A stretch of DNA of 64,000 nucleotides, taken from NCBI GenBank assembly GCA_052279835.1, contig CP181291.1, positions 3,168,001-3,232,000 of the forward strand. Reading direction: 5' to 3'. The DNA comes from Microcoleus sp. Its GTDB lineage: Bacteria > Cyanobacteriota > Cyanobacteriia > Cyanobacteriales > Microcoleaceae. Made by a program: the position numbers and the translations under genes. Every line of letters starts with the position of its first letter. Within the stretch, counting starts at the first letter, position 1. Positions 10,701 to 22,756 of this stretch are shown piece by piece. Below the pieces are notes generated by a model. That model searched no databases. It saw nothing but the letters and a program-made list of their open reading frames with translations, and was not told the DNA's origin.

Positions 10701-13587
10701 CTTGACTTGTTCCTGATAGTTGAATTTCATCCCCAGTCAAAGTCACATTACCGCCTAACACCGCATCAATCGCACCGCCGTCGAGGTTAATCGGAATAGA
10801 ATTGTTATTAGCCTTTCCCGTCAGGCTAATATTACCAGTTCCCGTAGCTTGCACCGTTACCAGTGGCGCCACTGGGAATGTAACGCCGTAACTGCTAAAT
10901 GCCGTCCCGACACCAGTACCAGTTAAACTAATATCTCCATTCTGGGATTTTACCGTGGCGGAGTTGAGCCAGATCCCGGAATTAGTCCCTGTCCCTGCAC
11001 TCCCCGTCCCCGTCAGCGTCACCTTTCCCAAGCCTGCGGTTTGGACTGTAGCACCACCATCTATATATATACCTTCGTTGGTAGTGCCAGTCCCACCACC
11101 AGTACCAGTCAGACTCACATTTCCAGAGGACGCTTTGACAGTACCTGGTGCAACTAATATGCCTCGATTACCATCAGTCCCATTTCCTCCCGTACCGCTG
11201 AGAGTCAGACTCCCAGTGCCTGTAGATTCTACCACCCCGGACACTGAAATGCCCGTGTTGTTGCCCACACTGCCTTTACCTGTTCCAGTCAGGGTGATAT
11301 CTCCATTTTGCGATCGCACTATGCTGGGATTATCAATATTTATCCCCTGATTACTATCCGTCCCATTTCCTCCCGTACCAGTGATAGTAAGAGTCCCGTT
11401 CCCCTTGGACTCAACTGTAGTGTTGTTGATATTAACGCCAGTATTTTGAGTTAAAGTTCCACCACCGTTACCAGTCAGGTTGATATTTCCCCCAGCCGAT
11501 CGCACAGTGCTACTATTAACAGTGATCCCTGGATTATTAAATGTGCCATTCCCGCCAGTACCGTTGAAAGTAATACTTCCTGTCCCGATCGACTCCACTG
11601 TGCTGGTAGTATTAATATTAATCCCATTGTTGCCACTTACAATTGCGCTGCCAGTTCCAGTCAGGCTGATATTTCCATCTACAGAAGTCACTTTCGATTT
11701 ATTTGTAAGAACCAGACCTTCATTATTACCAAATACATCCTTTCCCCCAGTACCATTTAGAGTGATACTCCCGTTGCCAGTAGTTTGTAATGTACCACCC
11801 GAAATAGAAATACCGATATTATTTCCCCCTGTCGAATTTCCTCCAATACCATTCAGGTCGATTTTTCCGGCTCCAACATTAATTGTGCTGTTCTTGACCT
11901 CAATTCCCTCCCCGAACACTAAATTACCCTGACCATTGCCCTGAAAATTACCACCTTTAGTATCTATCGTCGCACCCAATATTCTGAGACTACCACCATT
12001 GACACTATCACTATCAGCCTTCAGAGTAATATTGCCTCCCTGAGTTGTGATATTCGCATTGACTTTTATATTGTTATTAGCTAAAGCCGTAAGTCCAACT
12101 CCTGGAGTAGTTATATTGACAGCAGCACTAAAGGTAATGTCATTAGTAGCTTGTAGCATGACATTAGTCGCAGCACTGTTAATCAAAGCAGCATCAATGG
12201 TATTTCCCCCTGTGTCAGGGTCTGCAAATTGATCTGCTTGAGTTAGTGCCGTAAAAGTTCCCGCGCCAGTTTGAATAGTAATATTTGTAGGATCAAGTAA
12301 TAATAATCCTGGATTGCCATTGGTAGCGAGAGTATTGACATTTCCTCTGAAGTCTAAAAATTGCTTCCCCGACACTTCCACAAAACCCCCATTCCCCGAC
12401 ACCAAGCCACCTCTGGCTGTAATATTGCCGTTAAAGCGAGTAGTTTCATCAGCCCAAACTATAACTCTCCCGCCATTCCCATTACTCACAGCATCAGCAT
12501 TAATCGTCGCATCAGCACTCACAAAAGTCCGCGCAGCATTGGGCACAGTCCCCAAACCCTGATAATCTCCCCCAATCAGTACATTACCGCCACCATTAAT
12601 CCCAGAAGCATTAATATTGCCCCCAATAACTCCTACTTTATCGCCTAATATAGTTACAGTACCCCCAGTGTTACCGGAGACATTGAGAGTGCCAGAGGCG
12701 ATCGTCGTTCCCCCAGCCACCGGCACCGCCATACCCCCTGTCAACACCACTTCGCCATTCGGATTGACCACCAAACCCGTAGCCTGTTCCACACCTTTCC
12801 CAGTCAACAACTCCGGCAAAGATAACACCGATTGCGTCCAATTATGCGGCAACAAACCCTGATTGGCCGTCGGCTGCACTTCCAAACTCAACAAATTTCC
12901 GGCTTGAGAAATCCGCACCAAATTTTGACCTGGTACTGCCGTCATCGAAATCTGCCCACCGGGCGCATTCAACTGACCAGTATTCACCACAGTACCGCCC
13001 ATCAAACTCAAATTTTGACCGTTTTGAACGCTCAAATTCCCAGCATTAACAATACTTCCAGGTTGCAAATTAGTAAAAGCAAAACTATTGGGATTGCCAA
13101 TTAAAGTCGCCCAATTATTATTGCCGATCGCATTAAACCACTGATTTCCCCCAAAACCAATGCCCGTCGCCGTATTAGCATTAAAAGAACCAGGCACATT
13201 CAAGCTAGCACCAGGCCCAAAAATCATCCCCGCAGGATTCATCAAAAATAAATTAGAATTCCCACCCGTAACTTGAATCAATCCATTAATTAACGAAGGA
13301 TTCCCACCATTTATCCGTCCCAGGATGTTTTGGATATTGGGATTAGTCAAAAAATTAGCAATTTGACCTTCACTGAGATTGAACTGAGTAAAACTGTGAA
13401 ACAGATTAGCCTTATCTCCGCTGAAAGCTCCCCCAGAAATATCGTAGCGATTGCCATTGGTAGTGATCTGTGTATTCGTACCGTCTGGTGCTGGGATGAT
13501 TGGTTGTGCAGTCGCAGGTAAAGCCACTGCACTCAGCCCGCCCATTGTGAATAACCATCGAATTAAATGCAGTTTATTCGCGTTCAT
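4798..13587 (-). CDS. Giant filamentous haemagglutinin-family (TPS/beta-helix) protein with C-terminal CHAT (caspase-like) domain
   Basis: A signal peptide precedes the haemagglutination/TPS domain ([24 protein letters not shown]). Long G/N/T-rich beta-helix repeats and a PT-rich linker follow, then the CHAT motifs HLATHAEF and [11 protein letters not shown] and terminal [18 protein letters not shown] 13587 is preferred over TTG 13620. Confidence 0.93.
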   Translation of the reverse strand: MNANKLHLIRWLFTMGGLSAVALPATAQPIIPAPDGTNTQITTNGNRYDISGGAFSGDKANLFHSFTQFNLSEGQIANFLTNPNIQNILGRINGGNPSLINGLIQVTGGNSNLFLMNPAGMIFGPGASLNVPGSFNANTATGIGFGGNQWFNAIGNNNWATLIGNPNSFAFTNLQPGSIVNAGNLSVQNGQNLSLMGGTVVNTGQLNAPGGQISMTAVPGQNLVRISQAGNLLSLEVQPTANQGLLPHNWTQSVLSLPELLTGKGVEQATGLVVNPNGEVVLTGGMAVPVAGGTTIASGTLNVSGNTGGTVTILGDKVGVIGGNINASGINGGGNVLIGGDYQGLGTVPNAARTFVSADATINADAVSNGNGGRVIVWADETTRFNGNITARGGLVSGNGGFVEVSGKQFLDFRGNVNTLATNGNPGLLLLDPTNITIQTGAGTFTALTQADQFADPDTGGNTIDAALINSAATNVMLQATNDITFSAAVNITTPGVGLTALANNNIKVNANITTQGGNITLKADSDSVNGGSLRILGATIDTKGGNFQGNGQGNLVFGEGIEVKNSTINVGAGKIDLNGIGGNSTGGNNIGISISGGTLQTTGNGSITLNGTGGKDVFGNNEGLVLTNKSKVTSVDGNISLTGTGSAIVSGNNGININTTSTVESIGTGSITFNGTGGNGTFNNPGITVNSSTVRSAGGNINLTGNGGGTLTQNTGVNINNTTVESKGNGTLTITGTGGNGTDSNQGINIDNPSIVRSQNGDITLTGTGKGSVGNNTGISVSGVVESTGTGSLTLSGTGGNGTDGNRGILVAPGTVKASSGNVSLTGTGGGTGTTNEGIYIDGGATVQTAGLGKVTLTGTGSAGTGTNSGIWLNSATVKSQNGDISLTGTGVGTAFSSYGVTFPVAPLVTVQATGTGNISLTGKANNNSIPINLDGGAIDAVLGGNVTLTGDEIQLSGTSQVKGTGTIQLQPLTPSLDISVGGNTADARLNLSAAELAPPVLNGFSQMIIGRTDGTGAIAIEPAGVTFNLPVTMQGGSIAVNGNITGVNNASITFNAPTTNFLANSNIITNEQNIIFGGKVSLATNSNIALNTGLTNAGNINFGGTVDGGGNLTLTTGTGIINLNGALGGTLPLGSLNIVNSRNLTSPIAIAITATGDITTGDTTNPGRAIALTSNNGTITTTSTGAIDTSSTTGNGGPITLSANKINGGNLNSSSTAGNGGNITLTGKTGDIVASAGAIWNSRSTSGTAGDIAIATPNQVGVNVIDAQGLSGTGNITISGNEMGFSGGVDSVKSQGTLSIVPSAPNVGIRFQKGLADDPGAIDLGPQFLSSLRNGFSKIVFGSNTTTGNITVDNLPISFQDPVSFNTQGNILVNPNQSISGTDNASITLNATINNLNGNITTKSQDITINGNALVGNNVLVGTGNLAGGNILFNNNINGSGNLTLETGTGKIDAIGAIGNSTPLGNLTANTSGTTTFNAVTANSLTTNTGGTTLLNGNVTTTTSQTYADAVTIANNPTLTGSAITFNDTVNGNSNLTVNGGTGNVTFTGAIGNSTALGNLTANTSGTTTFNAVTANSLTTNTGGTTLLNGNVTTTTSQIYGDAVTIANNPTLTGSSITFNDTVNGNSNLTVNGGTGNVTFTGAIGNSSSVSGLQISGKNITANAAVKVAGNIGISGDTINLLQNVTTTNNGTLTLSNTGNVNIGNNLNLDGALIQNGQGSVGLKGNITTTNDNIDFSGPVTLNGPVNWGVGNARIAFGSTLSAGNNPLNLTAGEIDFSGKVSGTNVLTLQPATVGQNIVVGGTDNNTSALDLTASEMSLLQNGFSSITIGRSDSTGNITIPNNLTFSDPVNIQTKTGSIALNGNITANDNSSISLNTPTLNLNGGITTTNQGIAINGNVTVGKDVAISSGGGNVSVTGAIDGNQRLNIDAGKGNVVLQGNIGQTTALSGFSVTATNTNLAGNVTTNNGGITINSALGLSQNAKLSSGGGNIAFGGAIDSVNGSFELNLAAGTGSVTFGAPVGATRQLGNMAIANAGNVTANSSINAQSLTVNSTGNINVLGDITASNSGNGGAIALLSPNGTVNVKNLTTSGNIGGNITVVAKDSITARQINASGIVGNGGNVSLDPIGDIQVSFINAQGGTSGIGGTVFVSSTGGFFRATDSFPTLLSPTGFASISTAGGIGGGNITIRHAGGDGGPPIQPFVVGDATVNGTAAAIITGQSTIQSQSFPGSQNVGNIAFNTDDATITPTPTPTPSETPTPSVTPTPSETPTPVITPTPTVTSTPTPAITPTPSVTPTPTPAITPTPAITPTPAITPTPAITPTPSVTPTPTALVTPTPPITVTNPTETPPITVTNSTETPLITVTNSTETPLITVTNPVLNQPITVTNPLDNQEKTVINQPVNPQVTVINQPAIQQVTSTLESVEAPLTPIAPVTATATATPAPEPESSTLNPEESQRRKISPLDNPGGIGDRVLTIDPSITSQLSHSGVIPPKDSKTSTIVNPNADGVLGYLPSPDRIFEQNNLQKTVWEIETIRNQEFLEHLGVTANIPDPNVIINNFQNTLQTIQQKTGRRSGIIYLVSRSEQLEIILVPPLGQPIRYSVPAANRSALFPVIKQLRDEITNPRKINTNTYLEPAQQLYKWLFSQLEPDLAKLGIQTLLLSVDPGLRSLPFAALHDGKGFLIEKYNFSLIPSFSNTNTDYQSVRSASLLGMGRSEFVEQKPLPSVPLELQVINGEWSGQSFLNSTFTIDNLKSQHKQGGFRIVHLATHAEFQSGKSSNSYIQMWNYKLQLDRMESLNWRNPQVELLVLSACRTALGDREAELGFGGLAVKSGAKSALGSLWYVDDGGTLGLMSEFYNQLRGSMIKTEALQLAQQAMIAGKIRMTNRQLVTTDATLNLPPNLQQSNRNFSHPYYWSSFTMIGNPW
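6430..6850 (-). repeat. Intragenic Pro/Thr-rich linker repeats ([17 protein letters not shown])
   Basis: There are 18-bp units such as gcgggcgtgggagttatc and 33-bp units such as atttgtgacagttattagtggagtttcagtcga. Confidence 0.9.
8642..9216 (-). repeat. Intragenic 279-bp (93-aa) tandem duplication in the haemagglutinin stalk
   Basis: gaattgccgatcgcccc recurs at 8642, 8921 and 9200. The protein units GAIGNST...GNVTFT are nearly identical. Confidence 0.9.
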
Positions 13588-13693
13588 AAATTTAATATCA
13601 TAATTATTCGTCCATGCCAATATAACTCAATAGCTAAGGAGTGTCAAGATTTAAAAGTTCAATATTAATGTATTAAAAAATCCGACTGTAAAA

Positions 13694-13953
13694 GTTATTG
13701 GTTATTGGTTATTGGTTATTGGTTATTGGTTATTAATTGTTTGTTATTGGTTATTTGTTATTGGTTGTTTGTTATTGGTTATTTGTTATTGGTTGTTTGT
13801 TATTGGTTGTTTGTTATTCCCAATTCCCAATTCCCAATTCCCAATTCCCAATTCCCAATTCCCAATTCCCAATTCCCAATTCCCAATTCCCAATTCCCAA
13901 TTCCCAATTCCCAATTCCCAATTCCCAATTCCCAATTCCCAATTCCCAATTCC
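13694..13953. repeat. STRR heptamer tracts: degenerate (GTTATTG/GTTATTT/GTTGTTT)n followed by (ATTCCCA)x19
   Basis: Perfect ATTCCCA copies run from 13816 to 13948, preceded by a variant GTTATTG tract. Confidence 0.95.
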
Positions 13954-14364
13954 TCTGTACTCAATACAAACTTTATATTTTTCCGCTAACTTTATCAAAA
14001 CTTCATAAACTCGGCTTATAAAAAAAAATTATAATTGGCAAAACCTAATATTGGCAAGAGTTGTAGTCAATTTGATACCCTTGGCGACCGAAATAAATGT
14101 TGTATTTTGGAGATATAGGGTAGCTGCAAAACTTGCTGGTAGAGATTAAAGTGTGCCAGTCTGGTGTAAGTGAAAATTCCTAGAGTAATCGCCAGTCTTT
14201 TACTCAAAGACACTGATAGCTGATACCGCTCTGTAAAGTAAATTTTGAGGCCTACGCGATCGTCCTCAATCATCTAGCAGGACAGACCAAGCCTCATCCA
14301 GTCTAGCTTGCAGCCAGCATTCTCAGCCTTAGTACATAATTAATCTTGTGGAGGAATCAGGGTT

Positions 14365-15165
14365 ATGACTGCCTTAACCTTAGTCAAAAAAACATCGTTT
14401 ACTGTCGCTAGTTTAGCAGCAACAGTGGTTCTGAGTATCTGTAGCCCAGCCTCAGCTTTTATGTTTGGGACTACTGGCATCCAATTTGATGAAGATACGG
14501 ATATTAGCTTTACATTCGATCGCTCCCAGGGAGCATACAAGTCCAGCTTGTGGGTAGCTCAAGCCCTGCCGAACAACACAGGCTACAGCAATGTATCCAG
14601 TCTGTTTAGCGAAACTAAACCCTCAGATAACGGCCCTGCCAATAACTGGCAAGGTAGCTTCGGCAACGCTGTCACTTCCAACAATGGAGCCATCAGCCAA
14701 ACCTTCACATTTCTTAAGGATCAAATTTATGCCCTGCTACTGTGGAGTGACACCGGCAGTGGCAAACCCTTCGAGCAATACGTCTCCAGCAGCACATTTA
14801 TGAACAGCAGCCTCTGGTTTGCCGCCGACAGCAAGTTCGGCAGAACAGATTGTCTGACAATTGGATGTCAACAAGCTGTATTTGGAAATTTTAGCCTCAA
14901 CTATAACTCTACAGAACCCTTCAGCACCGTCAATGGTGGCAAGGGCCCAGAGCAGTTTCAATCTGTGACATTGGCACAACTGGCTGAAGGAACCAAAATT
15001 TCCTTTGATGACGGCCAAGGACCCAGTGAAGCAGACTTTCAACAATTCACCGTCAGTGCTCAAGCAGTCCCCGAACCCATGTCAGTGTTGGGTACGATTT
15101 TGGGGATCGGGGCTTTGGGCGCGGCGCGAGCCAAAAAAAAAGATTACCAGCCAGCGAAAAAATGA
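14365..15165 (+). CDS. PEP-CTERM sorting-domain surface protein
   Basis: It has a signal peptide ending SPASA and the C-terminal VPEP motif + TM helix + basic tail (VPEPMSVLGTILGIGALGAARAKKK). GGAGG lies upstream. Confidence 0.9.
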   Translation: MTALTLVKKTSFTVASLAATVVLSICSPASAFMFGTTGIQFDEDTDISFTFDRSQGAYKSSLWVAQALPNNTGYSNVSSLFSETKPSDNGPANNWQGSFGNAVTSNNGAISQTFTFLKDQIYALLLWSDTGSGKPFEQYVSSSTFMNSSLWFAADSKFGRTDCLTIGCQQAVFGNFSLNYNSTEPFSTVNGGKGPEQFQSVTLAQLAEGTKISFDDGQGPSEADFQQFTVSAQAVPEPMSVLGTILGIGALGAARAKKKDYQPAKK

Positions 15166-15243
15166 CTTTTAAGTAGCCCGGTATAAATCTCAATAGTGAG
15201 TCTGTTCAGTGGTAATCTGATGAATAGCATTTCTAAATGTTAA

Positions 15244-16749
<1,506 letters not shown>

Positions 16750-16751
16750 TT

Positions 16752-17177
16752 TTAGTCATTAGTCATTGGTTATTAGTTATTGGTTATTAGTGATTAGTTA
16801 TTGGTTGCCAATTACTAATGACTGCTGACTAATGACTGCTGACTAATGACTGCTGACTAATGACTGCTGACTAATGACTGCTGACTAATGACTGCTGACT
16901 AATGACTGCTGACTAATGACTGCTGACTAATGACTGCTGACTAATGACTGCTGACTAATGACTGCTGACTAATGACTGCTGACTAATGACTGCTGACTAA
17001 TGACTGCTGACTAATGACTGCTGACTAATGACTGCTGACTAATGACTGCTGACTAATGACTGCTGACTAATGACTGCTGACTAATGACTGCTGACTAATG
17101 ACTGCTGACTGATGACTGCTGACTAATGACTGCTGACTAATGACTGCTGACTAATGACTGCTGACTAATGACTAAGG
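16752..17177. repeat. STRR tract between atpD and atpC: inverted heptamers then (ACTAATGACTGCTG)x25
   Basis: The 14-mer array spans 16814-17163 with one variant (ACTGATG) at 17108. It is preceded by TTAGTCA/TTGGTTA-type heptamers in the opposite orientation. Confidence 0.95.
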
Positions 17178-17184
17178 ACAATTT

Positions 17185-17592
17185 ATGACATTAACTGTGC
17201 GCGTAGTTGCCCCAGACAAAACTGTTTGGGATTCCGATGCTGAAGAAGTAATTCTGCCAAGCACTACAGGCCAATTGGGTATTTTAAGCGGTCACGCTCC
17301 GATGTTGACTGCTTTGGATACCGGAGTGATGCGCGTCCGTCCTGGTAAGGAGTGGGTGTCTATTGCTCTGATGGGTGGCTTTGCAGAAATCCAAGAAAAT
17401 CGAGTGACGGTTCTGGTCAATGGCGCCGAAAAAGGTGACAAAATTGATCGAGAAACTGCTCGTGCTGCCTACACTGAAGCAGAAGCTCGTTTGGAAAAGT
17501 CCGCTAATGGCACTCTCCAAGAGCAAATTCAAGCTAAGCAAGCAATTAAACGTGCGCGAGCTCGTTTTCAAGCTGCTGGTGGCACGCTCTAG
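17185..17592 (+). CDS. atpC: F0F1 ATP synthase subunit epsilon (cyanobacterial atpE)
   Basis: The N-terminus is [16 protein letters not shown]...[16 protein letters not shown], and the gene follows the beta subunit. Confidence 0.98.
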   Translation: MTLTVRVVAPDKTVWDSDAEEVILPSTTGQLGILSGHAPMLTALDTGVMRVRPGKEWVSIALMGGFAEIQENRVTVLVNGAEKGDKIDRETARAAYTEAEARLEKSANGTLQEQIQAKQAIKRARARFQAAGGTL

Positions 17593-17632
17593 GGAGTCGG
17601 ACACAAGATTTTGGTGTTGCTACGTCAGCATC

Positions 17633-17664
17633 ATTAAGGACACAACATTAGTTGTGTCCTTAAT
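17633..17664. terminator. Probable bidirectional terminator hairpin
   Basis: A perfect 14-bp stem (attaaggacacaac-atta-gttgtgtccttaat) lies between convergent genes. Confidence 0.75.
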
Positions 17665-17670
17665 ATTTGG

Positions 17671-17970
17671 TTAAATCCCAACTTCCGACAATAGAGATTG
17701 CATTGTTTCCCAAGATAGCCCTTGCTGAAGATAGCGGGGGTTATTGGGATTGTAGGGTCCTGCAAGGCGATCGACACTGATAATTTTTGCTCCCTCCGGT
17801 AACACTGGTATATCTGGATCGAAGGCAGTCGATCGCACTAGGGAACTAGAAAAGCCTTTAAAAATAGAAATTTCATCGAACTCGCCCTCACTTTCAACCT
17901 TCACGATTAAAACTTCTTGAGGGCGTTTTACTGTGTATTGTTCCAAGCGGCGAGCGATCGAATCAGTCAT
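17671..17970 (-). CDS. Conserved cyanobacterial/plastid hypothetical protein (DUF7734-like)
   Basis: It carries RLEQYT..RPQEVL, IFKGFSSSL..TAFDPD.PVLP and IDRL.GPYNP-type motifs. Confidence 0.8.
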   Translation of the reverse strand: MTDSIARRLEQYTVKRPQEVLIVKVESEGEFDEISIFKGFSSSLVRSTAFDPDIPVLPEGAKIISVDRLAGPYNPNNPRYLQQGLSWETMQSLLSEVGI

Positions 17971-18465
17971 CTAAATATCACTTTGTTAATAACTATAATC
18001 TAGCATGATTTAGCCGTTGATTGCCCAGGGTTTGTGGGGAATTTATTAAGAAAATTAGACATTTTTTCATAATTTAATCAGAGCCAGTAGCATGGGGTGG
18101 TCATCCGAAATATTTAACGTTTTATCCGGTTTTACCTAGATTGTCTCAGTCATAATACATTCAGGGTTAATAATTGGTACTCCTAATTTGATTGAGGGGC
18201 TCAAGACTTGTCATCCCATCCCTGATTTTGACCCCAAACGTGAATAGACTGTGCAGGGTTATTTGACTTCGAGGTGAAACAGAGACAATCTACCTACTTT
18301 GGGACACTTTCCAGGTGCGAGGACTGTCCAGTTTGCCAAGGGTACTCCAATCATGGCTTCCATCGCCCACAATTCAACTTATAATTAGTTTAAAAACAAA
18401 ACACTTAACAGGGGTGTAGATTCCAGCCGATCGCCCAACTAACTATTCTAAGATAAGTGATTGCT

Positions 18466-21400
18466 ATGTCAACTTTTTTTCTAAAAAATTTAGCTGCTCA
18501 ACTTTCAGGAAAAGTTAATTTACGAACAGTGGTCATAGTACCCTTTGTGTTGCAAGTATTTGCCGCCGTGGGACTGGTGGGATATTTATCATTTAGAAAC
18601 GGCCAAAGGTCAGTAAATGACCTGGCTGGTCAATTGATGAGCGAAGTCAGCAATCGCATTGAACAAAATTTAAAAACCTATCTAGAAACTCCTCACCAGA
18701 TTAATCAAAGCAAACAAGATGCTGTGACATTGGGTTTTGTGAACATGAAAGACTTGTCAGCTTGGGAGAAATATCTGTGGAGACAAGTGCAACTATACCC
18801 TTACATTAATTTTACGTCGCTGGGCAATAAAAATGGAGAGTATCGCACGGGAGAAAAGATGTCTGATGGCACCTTATTGATTAACGCATCAGGCCCGTCC
18901 ACAGGTTTTGACTTTCATTCCTACCATACCAACGATAAAGGCGATCGGACCACCGTAGCAGCCGTTGTCAAAAATTTTGATATCCGACAACATCCTTCTT
19001 ATACCTTAGCCGCCTTAGAAGGTACAGCCACTTGGAGTTCTGTCTACATATCCTTCCTAGAACCAACATTAATCATCAGTGCCCTCAAACCAGTCTACAA
19101 CAGCCAAAAACAGCTAGAAGGGGTTTTAGTTACAGCCTTGCGTCTCGATGCCATAGGTCAATTTTTAAATAGCCTCAAAATCGGTAAATCAGGTCAGACA
19201 TTTATTGTAGACAAAAACGGCATACTCCTTGCAACTTCGACATCCGAAAAACCTTTTAGGACTAAAAACAATCAAAAAGAACTGTTTAAAGTTACCGAAA
19301 GTAGCGATGCTGTAACTCAAGCAACAGCTAAATATTTAGCAACTAAATTTACAGACTTGCACCAAATTGAAAATTCCCAGCAAATCAATTTTGCCATCAA
19401 CGGGAAACAGCAATTTTTAAAAGTTCTGCCATTTAAAGACGGCAAAGGTTTAGATTGGTTAATTGTCGTCGTCGTTCCCGAAGCCGACTTTATGGCACAG
19501 ATTGATGCTAACACCCGCACTACAGTGCTGCTATGTCTAGCTGCTTTGGCGATGGCAACAGTGGTGGGAATTTGGACATCCCGCTGGATTGTCAAACCTA
19601 TTCTCGAACTGAAAGACGCAGCCACAGCTTTGTCTGAAGGACAATTTGACAGAACTGTAAAACTCGATAGAAGCGACGAATTAGGCATACTTGCCACAGC
19701 TTTTAATAGTATGGCTGCACAACTGCAAGCATCTTTTACCGCCTTAGAAACTAAAAATAGCGAATTGCAGCGACTGGACAAACTCAAAGACGAATTCTTA
19801 GCCAATACTTCCCACGAACTGCGCACTCCCCTCAACGGGATTATTGGTATTGCAGAATCTTTAATAGATGGAGCTACCGGAACACTGCCAGAAAAAACTA
19901 ATATGAACTTAGCTTTGATTTCATCGTCTGGCAAAAGACTGTCATCTTTAATTAACGATATTCTTGACTTTTCTCAACTCAAGCACAAAAGTATAGACCT
20001 GCAAATTAAGCCCGTCGGTATCCGGGAAATGGTCTACATAATTCTGACTTTATCTAAGCCATTGGTAGGTAAAAAGAACTTACTGTTAATCAATGCAATT
20101 AGTCCAGAATTGCCGCCCGTGGCCGCTGATGAAAATCGTTTAGAACAAATACTTTACAATTTAATCGGTAATGCGATTAAATTTACCGAAAGTGGCAATG
20201 TAGAAATTTCCGCAGAATTGTTAAGGAACAATGAAAAAGCATCAACACCTAATACCCAAGTAGCGATTACTGTATCCGACACTGGGATTGGCATCGCCGA
20301 GGAAAAATTAGAGCGAATTTTTGAATCCTTTGAACAAGCTGACGGTTCCACTGCTAGAGAATTTGGTGGTACAGGTTTAGGTTTGGCTGTAGTTAAGCAA
20401 TTAGTGGAATTGCACGGAGGTCAAATTCGGGTATCTTCAACTGTAGGAGTTGGTTCTCAATTTACGTTTACTTTGCCAGTCTCTGAAAGTCAACCAGAAG
20501 CTAACAGCAGGTATCCGCTTCTGGCTGAAGGCGATCGCAATTTAATCAATCATCAGGTTACAACCGAATTACCGATGATACATTCTCAGTCACTAGCCAA
20601 TCAAGAACAGCTCCAAACTGATAAAATTAAAATCTTGATTGTCGATGATGAGCCGATTAATATCCAGGTGTTAATCAACAGTCTTTCTATCGAAAATTAT
20701 GCGATTACTCAAGCTAGCAATGGGCTGGAAGCCTTAAGTTTGATAGAAAATGGATTTAAGCCTGACTTAATGTTACTTGATGTCATGATGCCCCGGATGA
20801 CTGGTTATGAAGTGTGTCGAGAAGTTCGCAAAATATACTCGCCTTTAGAATTACCGATTTTGATGTTGACTGCGAAAAATCAAACCTCAGATTTGGTAGA
20901 AGCTTTCAACTTAGAAGCCAATGATTATGTAACTAAACCTTTTATCAAAAAGGAATTGTTGGCAAGAATTAATACTCAAATTCGTTTGGCAAAATTGAAT
21001 GCAGCCTACGGCAGATTTGTGCCTCACGATTTTTTAAATTTGCTTGAAAAGCCTAGTATTATTGAGGTGAAGTTAGGGGAAAACAAAGAAAGAAAGATGA
21101 CTGTTTTGTTTGCTGATATTCGCTCATTTACGGTGCTATCAGAACAAATGACACCCACTGAAAATTTTGCTTTTATTAATAATTATCTAGGGCGAGTTAG
21201 CCCAGCAATTAGAAAAAATAATGGGTTTATTGACAAATATATTGGGGATGCAGTTATGGCACTATTTCCTACTTTTCCTGATGATGGGGTTCGAGCGGCC
21301 ATTGAGATGCAGAAAGAAGTAAATGTTTATAACCAACAGCGACAAGAAAGTGGCTTGGCTCCTATTTCCATCGGTATTGGTTTACACGTCGGTAATTTAA

Positions 21401-21864
21401 TGTTGGGTACAATTGGTGAGCGAGAACGCATGGAAAGTACCGTGATTGCTGATGCGGTGAATCTGGCTTCTCGTTTGGAAGGGTTGACTAAGGTTTATGG
21501 TTCGGGAATTTTAGTTAGCGATGCTGTTATATATGCTTTGAGCGATCGCGAACAATATAAGTACCGATTTGTCGATCGAGTCACAGTGCAAGGCAAAACA
21601 ACTGCTGTGTCGGTGTTTGAGATTTACGATACAGAAACAGAACAAACTATTGCACTCAAGCAGCAAACTGCGGAGGTTTTTCAACAAGGTTTAGATTTGT
21701 ACTATCAACAAAAATTTGTTTCTGCACAAAAAACCTTTCAGAATATTTTACAAATTAATCCTGAAGATAAGGTAGCAATGCTCTATTTCAAACGAGCTCG
21801 CAAGTATCGAATGTACGGAGCACCGGATGGCTGGGTAGGGGTAGAAGCTTTGACTGAAAAATAG
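18466..21864 (+). CDS. Membrane hybrid sensor: Cache-HAMP-HisKA-HATPase-REC-class III adenylate/guanylate cyclase
   Basis: Two TM helices flank a Cache domain, followed by HAMP (RSDELGILATAFNSM), H-box SHELRTPLN, G-box GGTGLGL and REC (LLDVMMP). The cyclase motifs are FADIRSFT, DKYIGDAVM and TVIADAVNLASRLE. An alternative GTG start lies at 18457. Confidence 0.93.
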   Translation: MSTFFLKNLAAQLSGKVNLRTVVIVPFVLQVFAAVGLVGYLSFRNGQRSVNDLAGQLMSEVSNRIEQNLKTYLETPHQINQSKQDAVTLGFVNMKDLSAWEKYLWRQVQLYPYINFTSLGNKNGEYRTGEKMSDGTLLINASGPSTGFDFHSYHTNDKGDRTTVAAVVKNFDIRQHPSYTLAALEGTATWSSVYISFLEPTLIISALKPVYNSQKQLEGVLVTALRLDAIGQFLNSLKIGKSGQTFIVDKNGILLATSTSEKPFRTKNNQKELFKVTESSDAVTQATAKYLATKFTDLHQIENSQQINFAINGKQQFLKVLPFKDGKGLDWLIVVVVPEADFMAQIDANTRTTVLLCLAALAMATVVGIWTSRWIVKPILELKDAATALSEGQFDRTVKLDRSDELGILATAFNSMAAQLQASFTALETKNSELQRLDKLKDEFLANTSHELRTPLNGIIGIAESLIDGATGTLPEKTNMNLALISSSGKRLSSLINDILDFSQLKHKSIDLQIKPVGIREMVYIILTLSKPLVGKKNLLLINAISPELPPVAADENRLEQILYNLIGNAIKFTESGNVEISAELLRNNEKASTPNTQVAITVSDTGIGIAEEKLERIFESFEQADGSTAREFGGTGLGLAVVKQLVELHGGQIRVSSTVGVGSQFTFTLPVSESQPEANSRYPLLAEGDRNLINHQVTTELPMIHSQSLANQEQLQTDKIKILIVDDEPINIQVLINSLSIENYAITQASNGLEALSLIENGFKPDLMLLDVMMPRMTGYEVCREVRKIYSPLELPILMLTAKNQTSDLVEAFNLEANDYVTKPFIKKELLARINTQIRLAKLNAAYGRFVPHDFLNLLEKPSIIEVKLGENKERKMTVLFADIRSFTVLSEQMTPTENFAFINNYLGRVSPAIRKNNGFIDKYIGDAVMALFPTFPDDGVRAAIEMQKEVNVYNQQRQESGLAPISIGIGLHVGNLMLGTIGERERMESTVIADAVNLASRLEGLTKVYGSGILVSDAVIYALSDREQYKYRFVDRVTVQGKTTAVSVFEIYDTETEQTIALKQQTAEVFQQGLDLYYQQKFVSAQKTFQNILQINPEDKVAMLYFKRARKYRMYGAPDGWVGVEALTEK

Positions 21865-21921
21865 GGAATCAGGGATTGGGGATTGGGAATCAACAGTTAA
21901 CAGTCAACTGTCAACTGTCAA
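21865..21921. repeat. Short heptamer tracts (GGGATTG-like; AACAGTT/AACTGTC)
   Basis: The tract reads gggaatcagggattggggattgggaatc then aacagttaacagtcaactgtcaactgtc. Similar tracts occur near 30610-30640, 38170-38215, 51637-51692 and 55855-55970. Confidence 0.7.
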
Positions 21922-21961
21922 AAATTTGGTGTTACCCAAATCGATATCAGTCCTAATTAAT

Positions 21962-22582
21962 TTACTGACCCGTAGCCGATCGCCCTTGTTTGCCCAGTCT
22001 GATTAACACAAAATAGGATAAGTAAACTACATAAATTGCTAAACCTATCATCGCTAAAAACCCCAAAAATTGAGGGTTAGTGTTAGGGTGAAACATCTGT
22101 TTGTACAGCCAAGGTGGGTCAAGCCAAATGCGGCAAAATGGTTCCTCAATGATTTGACTTTGAGATTGGAAGGCGCAAGTTAAGAAGGGAATTTGAGCGA
22201 TCGCACCCAATCCGCTGTAAACAGTAATCGCCCATCGCCAAGCAGTAAAAGCCAGTTTCAGAGGCGATTGGGGTCGATCGTCAATTTCTTCGTTCAAATC
22301 TGTCCAAAACCACAGACAAGCAGGAATCAAAGCCCTGGCGATCGCCGACGACACAAAGCCCACTGGCAGGGCTGCGATCATTAGGTAAAGTGTAATTGCT
22401 AGCAAACTCGCCACTCGCCAATAGATAATCAACAAACGGACGATCGCCTCAGATGAAGCAAAAACAGCCCAAATCAGCACTACCAGCGGGATCGAAACCG
22501 TTAATAACACAGACAACCGATAATCCATCCAGACTAGCGGTTGAAACCAAGGTCCGGTCGCTGCCAATAAAAGACTTAACAT
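21962..22582 (-). CDS. DUF3177-family membrane protein
   Basis: It is a multi-TM protein with LVWMDYRL, IYWRVASLLAIT, LWFWTDLNEEI and terminal RLGKQGRSA. Confidence 0.85.
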   Translation of the reverse strand: MLSLLLAATGPWFQPLVWMDYRLSVLLTVSIPLVVLIWAVFASSEAIVRLLIIYWRVASLLAITLYLMIAALPVGFVSSAIARALIPACLWFWTDLNEEIDDRPQSPLKLAFTAWRWAITVYSGLGAIAQIPFLTCAFQSQSQIIEEPFCRIWLDPPWLYKQMFHPNTNPQFLGFLAMIGLAIYVVYLSYFVLIRLGKQGRSATGQ

Positions 22583-22756
22583 CTTTGGGAAAATATACTC
22601 ACTTATTTGTGGAAAATCTTACTACAAAAAAGCCAAAAAATCAGCAACTGGGACATCTTGTCATGTTCCTGTTGCTGCTTCACTTTTGGCAGATGTAGGC
22701 GGAGTCTTTTGAACTACCAGACGCATTTTGACTACCTTTGTGTCTGCGATCGAGCT

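Noticed and set aside
5030..13532. Many antisense or alternative-frame ORFs within the haemagglutinin-CHAT gene (e.g. 9809-10705, 6452-6910)
   Set aside because: They are shadows of G/N/T-rich repetitive codons on the opposite strand and show no recognisable motifs.
13705..14021. ORFs with FPIPNSQ / GIGNWEL / VIGYWLL repeats
   Set aside because: They are translations of non-coding heptamer STRR tracts, open in several frames at once.
14035..14066. TTGGCA...TTGGCA resembling a sigma-54 -24 element upstream of the PEP-CTERM gene
   Set aside because: There is no correctly spaced -12 TTGC, and cyanobacteria are not known to have sigma-54.
16814..17163. Regular array superficially like a CRISPR
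   Set aside because: It consists of contiguous 14-bp units with no unique spacers, and no cas genes are present.
18240..18380. Minus-strand peptide VELWAME... loosely recalling IS630 transposase motifs
   Set aside because: The resemblance covers only a few residues, with no further motifs or IRs, so it cannot be supported.
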